The notes under the pieces are model-generated. The model saw only the letters and a program-made list of their open reading frames with translations. It was not told where the DNA came from and did not search any database. From the NCBI GenBank assembly GCA_048938105.1, contig JBHLMN010000009.1, positions 128,001-192,000 on the forward strand: a stretch of DNA of 64,000 nucleotides. The letters run 5' to 3'. Both the position numbers and the translations under genes were made by a program. The stretch is from Promethearchaeota archaeon. Lineage in GTDB: Archaea; Asgardarchaeota; Heimdallarchaeia; Hodarchaeales; Hodarchaeaceae. This document shows positions 39,705-48,345 of this stretch, piece by piece. How positions within the stretch are numbered: position 1 is the first letter of the stretch; the number at the start of each line of letters is the position of its first letter.

Positions 39705-40874
39705 TTGGAACACAACCAAACTCAAGATTTATCTTCTTTTTATTCTGCATATCAACTCCTTGTAAGAACAGCCAAAAGAACCGTTAATTCTATAAATGAA
39801 AATCCACCTTGTCTGGTTGAATTCTGTAAAACACTTGAGGAAGCGAAAGAAAAGGATAAAAGAATTCATCTCGTTGGGATGGGCAGATCAGGGAAAGTAG
39901 GTATGTTACTGGGAGAATTATTGAAGAATGTTGGTTATAAAGTATCATATTTAGGCAAAAGTTTAGCTAAACCAGTCCGAATGGATGATGTGGTTATTGG
40001 TATCACTGGTTCAGGATGGACTAGCTTCACTATAAATACATTGCAAGAATCTATTAGTAGAGGCGCAAAAATATTAGTTTTTACTGGTGATCAATATTCT
40101 TTAGCTGCTAGATTAGCGGATTCGATAATTCTTATCCCTAGAGGTTATATAAAGGAAAAATTCGCACCTGTTTCTCATGCACCTTTGACACCTGTTTCTC
40201 ATGCTCCTTTAACACCATTGGGTACAGTTTTTGAAATGACTACAATGTGTATCGGAATTGGGGTAGTTTTAGGATTAAGAGACGAATCATCTGTTAAAGG
40301 ATTCAACGAAAATGTGAATGAAGTGTTAAGAGCAGCAGAAATGACATTAAACAATATTAAAAGAAGTGAAAAGCCTTTACAACAGTTTATCACACTCCTT
40401 GAAAGTTATTCTGGCCATTCAAAGAGGAAGCTATTTGTATTCGGTAGTGGATTCGATTCGATTATTGCTAGTATTTCTTCTATTCGATTAAGTCATTTAC
40501 GTATTAATTGTAAATCTAATTATGATTGGAGATTTAGAAGTAAAGAGGATCTATTAATTGGAATCTCGGGGTCAGGTGTGTCTACAAGTACTTTAGAACG
40601 TGTTGAGAGTGCCAAATCTGCGCATATGAGTATAGTCGGGTTAACATCCTTTCCAGAATCAAGATTAGCAAAAGAATCCGATATTGTCCTAGAAATTGAA
40701 GGCAGAACAGAGAAAATTAGTGCTGATTTACATCAGATTTCAAACCTTAGTTTTTTAATTCCATCATTTGAGTATTCTGCTGCGATAACCCTAGATGCAT
40801 GCGTTGCTCAATTAGCAATGGATTTAGGGATTAGTGAAACAGAAATGAAAGAAGAACACGCCAATATTGAATGA
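39705..40874 (+). CDS. hxlB: Double-SIS-domain 6-phospho-3-hexuloisomerase-like protein
   Basis: Two SIS units (GMGRSG..TGSGWT..PLGTVFE; GSG..ISGSG..FE); ends HANIE as in PHI enzymes; adjacent to HPS. Confidence 0.75.
   Translation: MEHNQTQDLSSFYSAYQLLVRTAKRTVNSINENPPCLVEFCKTLEEAKEKDKRIHLVGMGRSGKVGMLLGELLKNVGYKVSYLGKSLAKPVRMDDVVIGITGSGWTSFTINTLQESISRGAKILVFTGDQYSLAARLADSIILIPRGYIKEKFAPVSHAPLTPVSHAPLTPLGTVFEMTTMCIGIGVVLGLRDESSVKGFNENVNEVLRAAEMTLNNIKRSEKPLQQFITLLESYSGHSKRKLFVFGSGFDSIIASISSIRLSHLRINCKSNYDWRFRSKEDLLIGISGSGVSTSTLERVESAKSAHMSIVGLTSFPESRLAKESDIVLEIEGRTEKISADLHQISNLSFLIPSFEYSAAITLDACVAQLAMDLGISETEMKEEHANIE
40165..40212 (+). repeat. In-frame 24-bp tandem duplication (PVSHAPLT x2)
   Basis: cacctgtttctcatgcacctttga / cacctgtttctcatgctcctttaa, 22/24 identical. 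Confidence 0.95.
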
Positions 40875-40879
40875 GCGGA

Positions 40880-41161
40880 TTATCCACCAGCTAATACTGG
40901 AAAAAATGATACATCACAGTTCTTATCGAGAATAGTGTTTAATCCATCCAAAGCATGAATATTTCGGCCATCTATGAGTATTGTCAATCCTTTCTTTAAT
41001 TCATCATTCTCTATGAAAAAAGAGCTTCCTCTTTCCCCTTTTTTGGATTGAAATAGATCAAATACTTGCTGTAACCTTATTGGTTCTTCAACTGTAATAT
41101 TCTGAGTCTCACCTAACTCAGTCTGTAGAATAGCAAAGAATGAGAGCTTAATCGTGATCAT
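40880..41161 (-). CDS. moaD: MoaD/ThiS/SAMP ubiquitin-like protein
   Basis: 93 aa; FFA, ILIDGR, FPVLAGG C-terminus; TAATG overlap with the upstream gene. Confidence 0.9.
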   Translation of the reverse strand: MITIKLSFFAILQTELGETQNITVEEPIRLQQVFDLFQSKKGERGSSFFIENDELKKGLTILIDGRNIHALDGLNTILDKNCDVSFFPVLAGG

Positions 41162-43734
41162 TAGTCTTTTCTCTTCAAGATCACTTCTTTAAGATGTTGA
41201 GTGGCTTGTTGCGGATCTGCTGATCTAGTAATAGCAGAACCAACAATTAAGATATCTGCGCCATATTCAACCGCTTTAGGAATAGTTTCCGCCTTCAATC
41301 CGCCCGCTACTGCAATAGGAATCTTGATTGTTTCCCTTAATTTCTTTAATGTGGGAAATGGAATTTTATCAAAATCTGAACGCAATTGTTGGTCAATACC
41401 AATATGTAATCCAATGATATCGACTCCTAGTTTTTCTAAATGAATAGCTCGGTTGATAGGATCTTGGACGCCAATAAGATCTGCAAAGATTTTAACATCA
41501 AATTTCTTCCCTGCCCCAACCGCATCTTTAATAGTACTATCAGGAGCTATCCCTAAGATGCAAATAACATCAGCACCTGCTAACGCAGCCATCTCTGTTT
41601 CTAGGTAGCTAGCATCCATTGTTTTGAGGTCTGCAACAATTATTTTATGAGGAAAAAGCTCTCGTAATTTTCGTACAGATTCCATACCAGTAGCTTTAAT
41701 CAATGGAGTTCCTGCTTCAATCCAATCTACTCCTCCAAGTGCACTTTTTTGAGCAATTTTAAGCGCCTCATTGAGATCTCTGAGATCTAAAGCGATTTGT
41801 AGTTTTGTGCTGGTTTGAATAGGTTGAATGGATAGTTCTTTTAATTTACGCTCTGAAGGGACACCCAATTCATCCCAACCGCGGATGTGATAATATTCCT
41901 TGAGAAGATTGTGAATATTTACTTTGTGACCTTTTGCTGGCCCTTCAGGTAATGGTTCATTCAGAAATCTTGGGGAGAGATTATCATGGTCTCTTGTTAG
42001 CCCTTCTCGGATATTAAATAAGCGTTCTAAATTATAAATTCTTTCACCAATTCTTTTTAATTCTTTTTCATCAATATAAAAACCAGTAGCAGTAGTTAAA
42101 AGCTTCGCATAGATATCAACCTCACACTTTAATGTTGTGAATACCGCCAATGATGTGAATTTGCACCATTCAGCTGAATCTAGTACTGCAAATACATCTT
42201 GCATTTCTTTAACCAATTCTGCTTTTCCTTCCTCAGTAAAGGGATCAACAAAATGAGGTAAGCTTAAAACCTCTTGAATAACCGTATAACCTTTTAAATG
42301 AGTTCCCCCACTGTTTGAAGTGGCATAACTTAGTGCCATCCCTTTAATCCCTCTTGGATCATATGCAGGCATTTCAAGTCCTTTAACATGACAGGCAAAT
42401 GATTGTGATCCCTTCCCAATCCGTTTAGCGGCTTTTTGTACTCCATTCGCTAATAAATCACCCTCATCCTTCCTAATAGCAATATTTTCGATTAATGATA
42501 GTAATGCTTGACCATCTCCAAATGATATAGAGTTAGATATAATTCCTTTGTCACAACACTCCATGAACCATCCAATAGTATTCCCTGTAGAAATAGTATC
42601 TAATCCAAGTTGGTTACAAAGAGAATTGGCTTTAAAAATGGTTTCTAAATCGCTTATACCACAATTAGGACCTAATGCCCATAAAGATTCAAATTCAGGA
42701 CCGTGTGTTTCGATATCTTTATATTTCATTATACGACCGCAGGCAATAGGACACCCATGGCAAGGTTTTCTCTTTACTAAATATTCCTTGAGGGTTTCTC
42801 CTGCTATTTCACGCACATTCCCGAAAATGCCAGTACTGTAATTTCTTACAGGGAGAACCCCGTGTTTGTTGACAATATTAACTAGAATAGGCGTACCATA
42901 CAATCTCATCCCTGTTCCCGTCACTGGGTGACCCTTCAAGGTTTCTATGAATTTCATTTGGATCTTTTGAAACGCATATTCGTTGACAGGCATAACTTTA
43001 CCAGATCCATGAACAACAATAGCTTTGAGATTTTTTGAACCCCATACTGCTCCGATACCCCCTCTACCTGCGGTTCTTGTGTCATTGATAACACAAGCAA
43101 AATGTACTAAATTTTCTCCTGCTGGGCCTATCGCGGCAACAGAGTGATTTGTATGGATCTCTTTTAGTATTTTAATTGTTTCATTTATTGTTTTGCCCCA
43201 CAAACTCGAAGCATCTTGAATGGAAACGTTATCATCATCAACTAAGAGATATACAGGAGTTTTTGACGAATTCTCAATAATAATCCCATCATAACCAGCA
43301 CGTTTCAACTCAATTCCTAATCTACCACCGCAATGAGTGTCATTTAATGTTTTTTCAGTTAAAGGGCTTTTGAAAATCATACACCATCGAGACGAAGTTG
43401 GAGAAGTAGTTCCTGTCATTGGGCCCGTTAAGAGCACTAGTTTGTTATCGGGACTTAACGGATCTATTCCTGGTTTTAGTTCATCATAAAGGATTTTAAT
43501 ACCGTAACCTCTTCCTCCAAGGTATTTTTGCGCAGTATCGAGGTCTAATGGTTCCTTTTGGATTTTTTTTGTCATTATATTGATTCTTAAAATCTGTTTA
43601 GCATATGTCAGTGTTTTAACCCACCATTGATCTCCTATAATACTTACATAATTCGATAACAACGCCTCATGAAAATCTTGTAATGATTTATAAAAGAAAT
43701 TCACTCTTTCTAAAAAATTCAATAGCTCTCTCAT
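41161..43734 (-). CDS. Tungsten aldehyde:ferredoxin oxidoreductase fused to C-terminal 3-hexulose-6-phosphate synthase
   Basis: AOR: YLGGRG, KSPLT, AGRGGIGAVWGSKNLKA, CHGCPIAC, LGLDTIS, YDPRG. HPS: LQIALD, WIEAGTPLIK..G, ADLKTMD, HIGIDQQ, AVAGG, VGSAIT. True start is probably near 43612. Confidence 0.9.
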   Translation of the reverse strand: MRELLNFLERVNFFYKSLQDFHEALLSNYVSIIGDQWWVKTLTYAKQILRINIMTKKIQKEPLDLDTAQKYLGGRGYGIKILYDELKPGIDPLSPDNKLVLLTGPMTGTTSPTSSRWCMIFKSPLTEKTLNDTHCGGRLGIELKRAGYDGIIIENSSKTPVYLLVDDDNVSIQDASSLWGKTINETIKILKEIHTNHSVAAIGPAGENLVHFACVINDTRTAGRGGIGAVWGSKNLKAIVVHGSGKVMPVNEYAFQKIQMKFIETLKGHPVTGTGMRLYGTPILVNIVNKHGVLPVRNYSTGIFGNVREIAGETLKEYLVKRKPCHGCPIACGRIMKYKDIETHGPEFESLWALGPNCGISDLETIFKANSLCNQLGLDTISTGNTIGWFMECCDKGIISNSISFGDGQALLSLIENIAIRKDEGDLLANGVQKAAKRIGKGSQSFACHVKGLEMPAYDPRGIKGMALSYATSNSGGTHLKGYTVIQEVLSLPHFVDPFTEEGKAELVKEMQDVFAVLDSAEWCKFTSLAVFTTLKCEVDIYAKLLTTATGFYIDEKELKRIGERIYNLERLFNIREGLTRDHDNLSPRFLNEPLPEGPAKGHKVNIHNLLKEYYHIRGWDELGVPSERKLKELSIQPIQTSTKLQIALDLRDLNEALKIAQKSALGGVDWIEAGTPLIKATGMESVRKLRELFPHKIIVADLKTMDASYLETEMAALAGADVICILGIAPDSTIKDAVGAGKKFDVKIFADLIGVQDPINRAIHLEKLGVDIIGLHIGIDQQLRSDFDKIPFPTLKKLRETIKIPIAVAGGLKAETIPKAVEYGADILIVGSAITRSADPQQATQHLKEVILKRKD

Positions 43735-43853
43735 TAATGATTAATCAATATAAGCAAGTTGAATTTTCTTAAGAAAACATCCTACCAAAATGGTAAATCC
43801 TTTATTCATTATCCAAAATGAGGTTTTTATCTTTGAAATGGTGATGAATAATT

Positions 43854-44966
43854 TTGTACGCGGATTATAATGAAAAATTAGCGAAATTAATAGCTCAATA
43901 CGCTGTAAATGTCCAACCAAACGATCTTGTAATGATCCAAGCTCCAATTAATGCAGAAAATCTTGTCAGGGAAGTTTATAGAGAGGTTATACAAGCAGGA
44001 GGTCACATTCTAAGGATGAAGCTTTCATTCGATAGTCAAGATGAAATGATGTATAAATTAGCTACTGATGAACAACTGACATACGTTGACGACCTTGAGG
44101 TAGAATACTGGAAAAAAGCAGACGTCCTGATAGCTATTCACTCTGATTACAATACTCGAGCTTTAACAAATGTCCCCGCAGAGAAAAAAGTAATGGTGAG
44201 ACAAGCTCGAGAGGAGATTACTAAAATATATCTTGAAAGAGCCGCAAAGAAGGAATTGAGATGGAATTTAAGTCCATACCCTTGTGATGCATTTTCTCAA
44301 GAAGCAAATATGGGGAGACTAGAATACTTAGAATTCGTATATAAAGCACTGAATCTGCATCAAAGTGACTCTATAGAGTTTTGGAAACGTATTGAAGCAA
44401 ATCAAGAAGACATTGTTAATATTTTAGACAAAGGTAAAGAATTCCGGATTATAGGAGAAGATACCGATTTAACATTAGCGATTGAGAATCGTAAGTGGAA
44501 AAATTGTTGTGGCCATGAGAATCTTCCTGATGGGGAGGTCTTTACAGGACCACATGAAGATGGGGTAAATGGAAACATAAGATTCACATATCCTGGAATA
44601 TATGAGGGACAAGAGGTTGAGGACATCTTTTTATCCTTCAAAGAGGGTAAAGTTGTGGACTTTGACGCTGCAAAGGGAAAAGATCTCTTAAAGAAGATGC
44701 TTACCATCCCAAATGCGAATATTCTCGGAGAGCTGGCCGTAGGAACTAATTTTGGTATAACTAAATTTACTAAGAATATGCTTTTTGATGAAAAAATGGG
44801 TGGAACCATTCACCTTGCCTTAGGCTCTGGTTACCCTGAAACTGGTTCAAAAAACCAATCATCTATTCATTGGGATATACTAAAAGACATGAAAGGTTCT
44901 GAAGCAAAAATTCTTCTTGATAGTGAGGTTATCTATCAAGCAGGAAAGTGGTTAATTCCTAAATAA
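43854..44966 (+). CDS. M29 aminopeptidase (AmpS/aminopeptidase T)
   Basis: NLPDGEVFTGP, GELAVG, LFDEKMGGTIHLALG, SSIHWD. Confidence 0.93.
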   Translation: MYADYNEKLAKLIAQYAVNVQPNDLVMIQAPINAENLVREVYREVIQAGGHILRMKLSFDSQDEMMYKLATDEQLTYVDDLEVEYWKKADVLIAIHSDYNTRALTNVPAEKKVMVRQAREEITKIYLERAAKKELRWNLSPYPCDAFSQEANMGRLEYLEFVYKALNLHQSDSIEFWKRIEANQEDIVNILDKGKEFRIIGEDTDLTLAIENRKWKNCCGHENLPDGEVFTGPHEDGVNGNIRFTYPGIYEGQEVEDIFLSFKEGKVVDFDAAKGKDLLKKMLTIPNANILGELAVGTNFGITKFTKNMLFDEKMGGTIHLALGSGYPETGSKNQSSIHWDILKDMKGSEAKILLDSEVIYQAGKWLIPK

Positions 44967-44972
44967 ATCTAA

Positions 44973-47288
44973 TTATGATAGATGAATAACCTCACCACTT
45001 TGAAGAGATTTGAGAGCTGCACAAGCCACTCGAAGGGCCAATATTCCATCTTGAATGGGTATTGGACTTGGGTTATCATTCAATATAGCCTTAGCGAAAG
45101 CACTAACTTGTTCAACAAAAAATGGGAGTTGATCAATTTCTTCAAAAGTAGGTTCAGATCCATCCAATTCTGTATTCTTGATTGAGGGTTGCTTGGAGGG
45201 ATCAATTCTGATTGTACCATCTTCACCATAAATTATCATTCCAGTATTGCTTCCTACCTGATCTGTTAGATCTGGTTCAGACCAAGATGCTTCAATAGTA
45301 ATAAGGACTCCAGATTTTGACCGAAGACTAATTTGCACTGTATCCCAGGTTTTTATTTCGGGATAAACTCTATTTGAGCCAATTGCATAAACAGTTGTTA
45401 TTGGATCAGCAGGCCCTAGAAACCATTGCACTAAATCAATATCATGGATTGCTAGATCGACAGCTATTCCTCCACTTTTTGTTTCATCCCAAAACCACTT
45501 AGAAGAGGGAGGACCACGACCCCGACGATGAGCATGAATAGAAACTATGGGGCCAAGCTCGCCTTTGTCAATTACCTTTTTTGCTGCAGAATAATGGGAA
45601 ATGAACCGACAAATCATTGCAACCATTAATTTAACATTATTGTCTCGTAATATTCCTGAAATTTCCTCTAATTCATCCGGATGTAACAAGATGGGTTTTT
45701 CACATAAGATATGTTTCCCTGCCTTTGCTGCAGCAATAATATATTTCTTATGTACAAAGGTTGGAACACAAATCGATACTGCTCTCAATTCAGGGTCTTG
45801 AAGGGCTTCTAGATAGTTTTCATAGATGTTAATCACTCCAAAGAATAAAGCTGCTCCTTGAAGGGCTAATGGGTTTCTGGTAGCTATTGAATGTAATTCT
45901 GTCCAAGAACAAGCTGAGTATGCTGCAGCATGTATTTGGCCAATTCCCCCTAATCCAATTATACCGACTTTTAAGGGATTCATGACCTTTGGAACATCTT
46001 TAATGAGTTCCTGAATTTTTGGGGTTGTACCTGTAGAAATCATGGTTCCAATGATTCTACTCTCAATTTCTAGATCAATATTCAGAATTATCTCCATCTC
46101 TTGAAGAAATTTCGCTGCCACTAATGATAATTCAATGTAGGATAATTGATGCCAATTGGGAAGCCCAATGATGTTTTCAGCTATTTTATCAGTATTAGGA
46201 CAGTTTGGTTCGTTGTAGACTGCTTCCTCCTCCAAAAAAGGACATGTAAACGGACATTTACGTTCCCCGTATCCCTTTTGTTCTTGGAAAAGAGGAGAAG
46301 TATAGAGACCAGCGGGATAAATCAATTGAGTGATCTGAAAGTCACGGTTCAAATGGTCAGCTAATTCTTTCCCAGTCATTCCAACAATTGAAGGATCAAT
46401 TTGGATTGCATACGCATGAAAAACATGTTTTCCATACTCTGGTACTTGAGGTAATCTTACTCCTGGGATGTCTTTTAGTAGTGAATTTAAGTATAGAGAG
46501 TTTTTAATCCGCCCTTCGTTCATTTTTTCAAGTTTTTTTAACTGTTCTATCCCTATAGCTGCTTGTATCGTTGTCATTCGATAATTAAATCCTAATCTCT
46601 CATATTTATACCAAGAAGGCTCCCCATGATGTCTAACCAATCGACATTGTTTTGCAAAATCGTCATCATCAGTAATTATAATACCACCCTCTCCTGTCAT
46701 CATATTCTTTGATTCAAAGAAACTGAAACATCCCGCTTTTCCAAGACTCCCCACTTTTTTTCCTTTGTATTCAGCCCCATGAGCCTGACATGCATCTTCA
46801 ATTACTATAAGATTATGTTGTTGAGCAATTTTAATAATGGGATCCATATCTGCAGGATGACCAAAAAGATGTACAGGAATAATAGCCTTGGTTCGATCTG
46901 TTATTTTATTTAGCAAATCAGTAGGATCCATACAAAAGGAAGTTGGATCAATATCTACAAACACAGGAATAGCATTTTGATGTAACACAGCAGTTGCTGT
47001 GGCAACGAAGGTATATGGAGGGATTAAAACCTCATCACCAGCCCCTACTCCAGCAGCAGCTAAAGACGCATGTAGTGCAGCTGTTCCAGAACTAACAGCT
47101 ATAGCTTGCCTAATATCCATGTAGCTGGCGAAATCAGCTTCAAATTCTTCAATTTCAGTACCACTCATGAATGTCAATCGTTTATTGCGCATTACTCTTT
47201 TTACAGCAAGAATTTCTTCCCGTTCTACTTTACGATCCATTGGAAATAAATCGTGTGGTTTAATTTTACGAGTCATAAACGCACTCAA
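44973..47288 (-). CDS. DegT/DnrJ sugar aminotransferase fused to Gfo/Idh/MocA NAD(P) oxidoreductase
   Basis: SSGTAALH, EDACQAHG, SFFESKNMMTGEGG; then VGIIGLGGIG, LCEKP, GGIAVDLAIHDID. Confidence 0.9.
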   Translation of the reverse strand: MSAFMTRKIKPHDLFPMDRKVEREEILAVKRVMRNKRLTFMSGTEIEEFEADFASYMDIRQAIAVSSGTAALHASLAAAGVGAGDEVLIPPYTFVATATAVLHQNAIPVFVDIDPTSFCMDPTDLLNKITDRTKAIIPVHLFGHPADMDPIIKIAQQHNLIVIEDACQAHGAEYKGKKVGSLGKAGCFSFFESKNMMTGEGGIIITDDDDFAKQCRLVRHHGEPSWYKYERLGFNYRMTTIQAAIGIEQLKKLEKMNEGRIKNSLYLNSLLKDIPGVRLPQVPEYGKHVFHAYAIQIDPSIVGMTGKELADHLNRDFQITQLIYPAGLYTSPLFQEQKGYGERKCPFTCPFLEEEAVYNEPNCPNTDKIAENIIGLPNWHQLSYIELSLVAAKFLQEMEIILNIDLEIESRIIGTMISTGTTPKIQELIKDVPKVMNPLKVGIIGLGGIGQIHAAAYSACSWTELHSIATRNPLALQGAALFFGVINIYENYLEALQDPELRAVSICVPTFVHKKYIIAAAKAGKHILCEKPILLHPDELEEISGILRDNNVKLMVAMICRFISHYSAAKKVIDKGELGPIVSIHAHRRGRGPPSSKWFWDETKSGGIAVDLAIHDIDLVQWFLGPADPITTVYAIGSNRVYPEIKTWDTVQISLRSKSGVLITIEASWSEPDLTDQVGSNTGMIIYGEDGTIRIDPSKQPSIKNTELDGSEPTFEEIDQLPFFVEQVSAFAKAILNDNPSPIPIQDGILALRVACAALKSLQSGEVIHLS

Positions 47289-47495
47289 CTCTTTTAATCT
47301 TTTAACTTAGTAAATATCTAGTTTTGGTTACAATTCGGTCTCTTCAATGCTTGAATAGCTAATTTATGTTTTTAGCCTTATACGATTCAATCACTAATCA
47401 AAATTCCGATTTTAATTTCAAAATCATTTTATTCTAAACAATTATTTGATTCAATATTCGCCTTAACTTGATAGCTTTATGCGACCTAATCAGCT

Positions 47496-47508
47496 GAAAG
47501 TTTATATA
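47496..47508 (+). promoter_or_regulatory. BRE/TATA promoter of the ssb locus
   Basis: GAAAG-TTTATATA; predicted TSS near 47530. Confidence 0.65.
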
Positions 47509-47530
47509 GTATCATTAGATGAAATAACAT

Positions 47531-47652
47531 AAGCCCAACTTCTAGAATAAAAGAGTAATTGTGCGAATGGAACAATTTAAGTCTCAAAAGTCAGTAGAGA
47601 CCAAAAATTAGAACATGTAGGATAATTTTGCTTTTTTTAAAGGATTTGGGTT
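47531..47652 (+). ncRNA. Candidate structured 5' leader RNA (multi-stem junction)
   Basis: Five nested or adjacent complementary stems starting at the predicted TSS; read by eye, see findings. Confidence 0.45.
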
Positions 47653-47668
47653 CTATTCGTCGTTAGAT

Positions 47669-48187
47669 GTGTATAAAATGTCGTATGAAATAGAAGATGA
47701 GACGCATGACGTCCAAATTGAAGAGGTTAAGCCTCTCGAAAAAAGATTAAATGTCGTTTTTCAGGTCACCGATATTGGTGAAGAAAGAGAAATTAACAAA
47801 AGATCAGGGGAAACTCATAGAGTGTGTGACTTCACGGTCGCTGATCAGACCGCTTCTATAACCTTAACGTTATGGAATGAAGATATTGATGCACTCGAAG
47901 TTGGAAAAGTATACAAACTTAGTAATGGTTTTGCTAATGTTTTTCAGAATTCTCTGCGATTATCAAAGGGGAAATTTGGTTCGATAGCTGAAGATTCAAC
48001 AGTCTTTGAAGAAATTAACCAGGATAACAATAAGTCTTCTGAATACGTTGAAGACCCTCGTAGGAGAACCTATAGGCAACGAGGAAGTTATGGCAGCCGA
48101 GGTGGCTATGGCAGTGGAGGAAGATCATCTAGTTATGGTGATCGCCGTTCTCGAAATTCCGATCGGGACTCTCGTTCACGTTGGTAA
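47669..48187 (+). CDS. ssb: Single-OB-fold single-stranded nucleic acid binding protein with Arg/Gly/Ser-rich tail
   Basis: VADQTASITLTLWN, GKVYKLSNG..N.F...L.L..GKFG typical of crenarchaeal SSB/hSSB1; low-complexity C-terminal tail. Confidence 0.88.
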   Translation: MYKMSYEIEDETHDVQIEEVKPLEKRLNVVFQVTDIGEEREINKRSGETHRVCDFTVADQTASITLTLWNEDIDALEVGKVYKLSNGFANVFQNSLRLSKGKFGSIAEDSTVFEEINQDNNKSSEYVEDPRRRTYRQRGSYGSRGGYGSGGRSSSYGDRRSRNSDRDSRSRW

Positions 48188-48258
48188 TCATATTAATTCT
48201 TTTTGGGATAGACAAAGAACAGCCAATTATAAATTCCGTACTTTTTAATACAAATTAT

Positions 48259-48290
48259 CACTCGTGAATCCACACGAGTGTACTTTTTTT
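48259..48290 (+). terminator. Hairpin plus T-tract terminator
   Basis: CACTCGTG-aatcca-CACGAGTG perfect 8-bp stem followed by TACTTTTTTT. Confidence 0.7.
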
Positions 48291-48345
48291 CCTTAATGGA
48301 TCTTTTTGTCTTTTCTTAGTTCCATTCCCAATTTTTTAGCTATAA

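Noticed and set aside
40880-41161. MoaD/SAMP as the tag for the 9-20 kb ligase cluster
   Set aside because: It is translationally coupled to AOR, the usual tungstopterin context, and lies more than 20 kb away.
47531-47652. tRNA interpretation of the cloverleaf-like leader
   Set aside because: Too long and AT-rich, with no TTC T-loop or D-loop GG consensus in the right positions.
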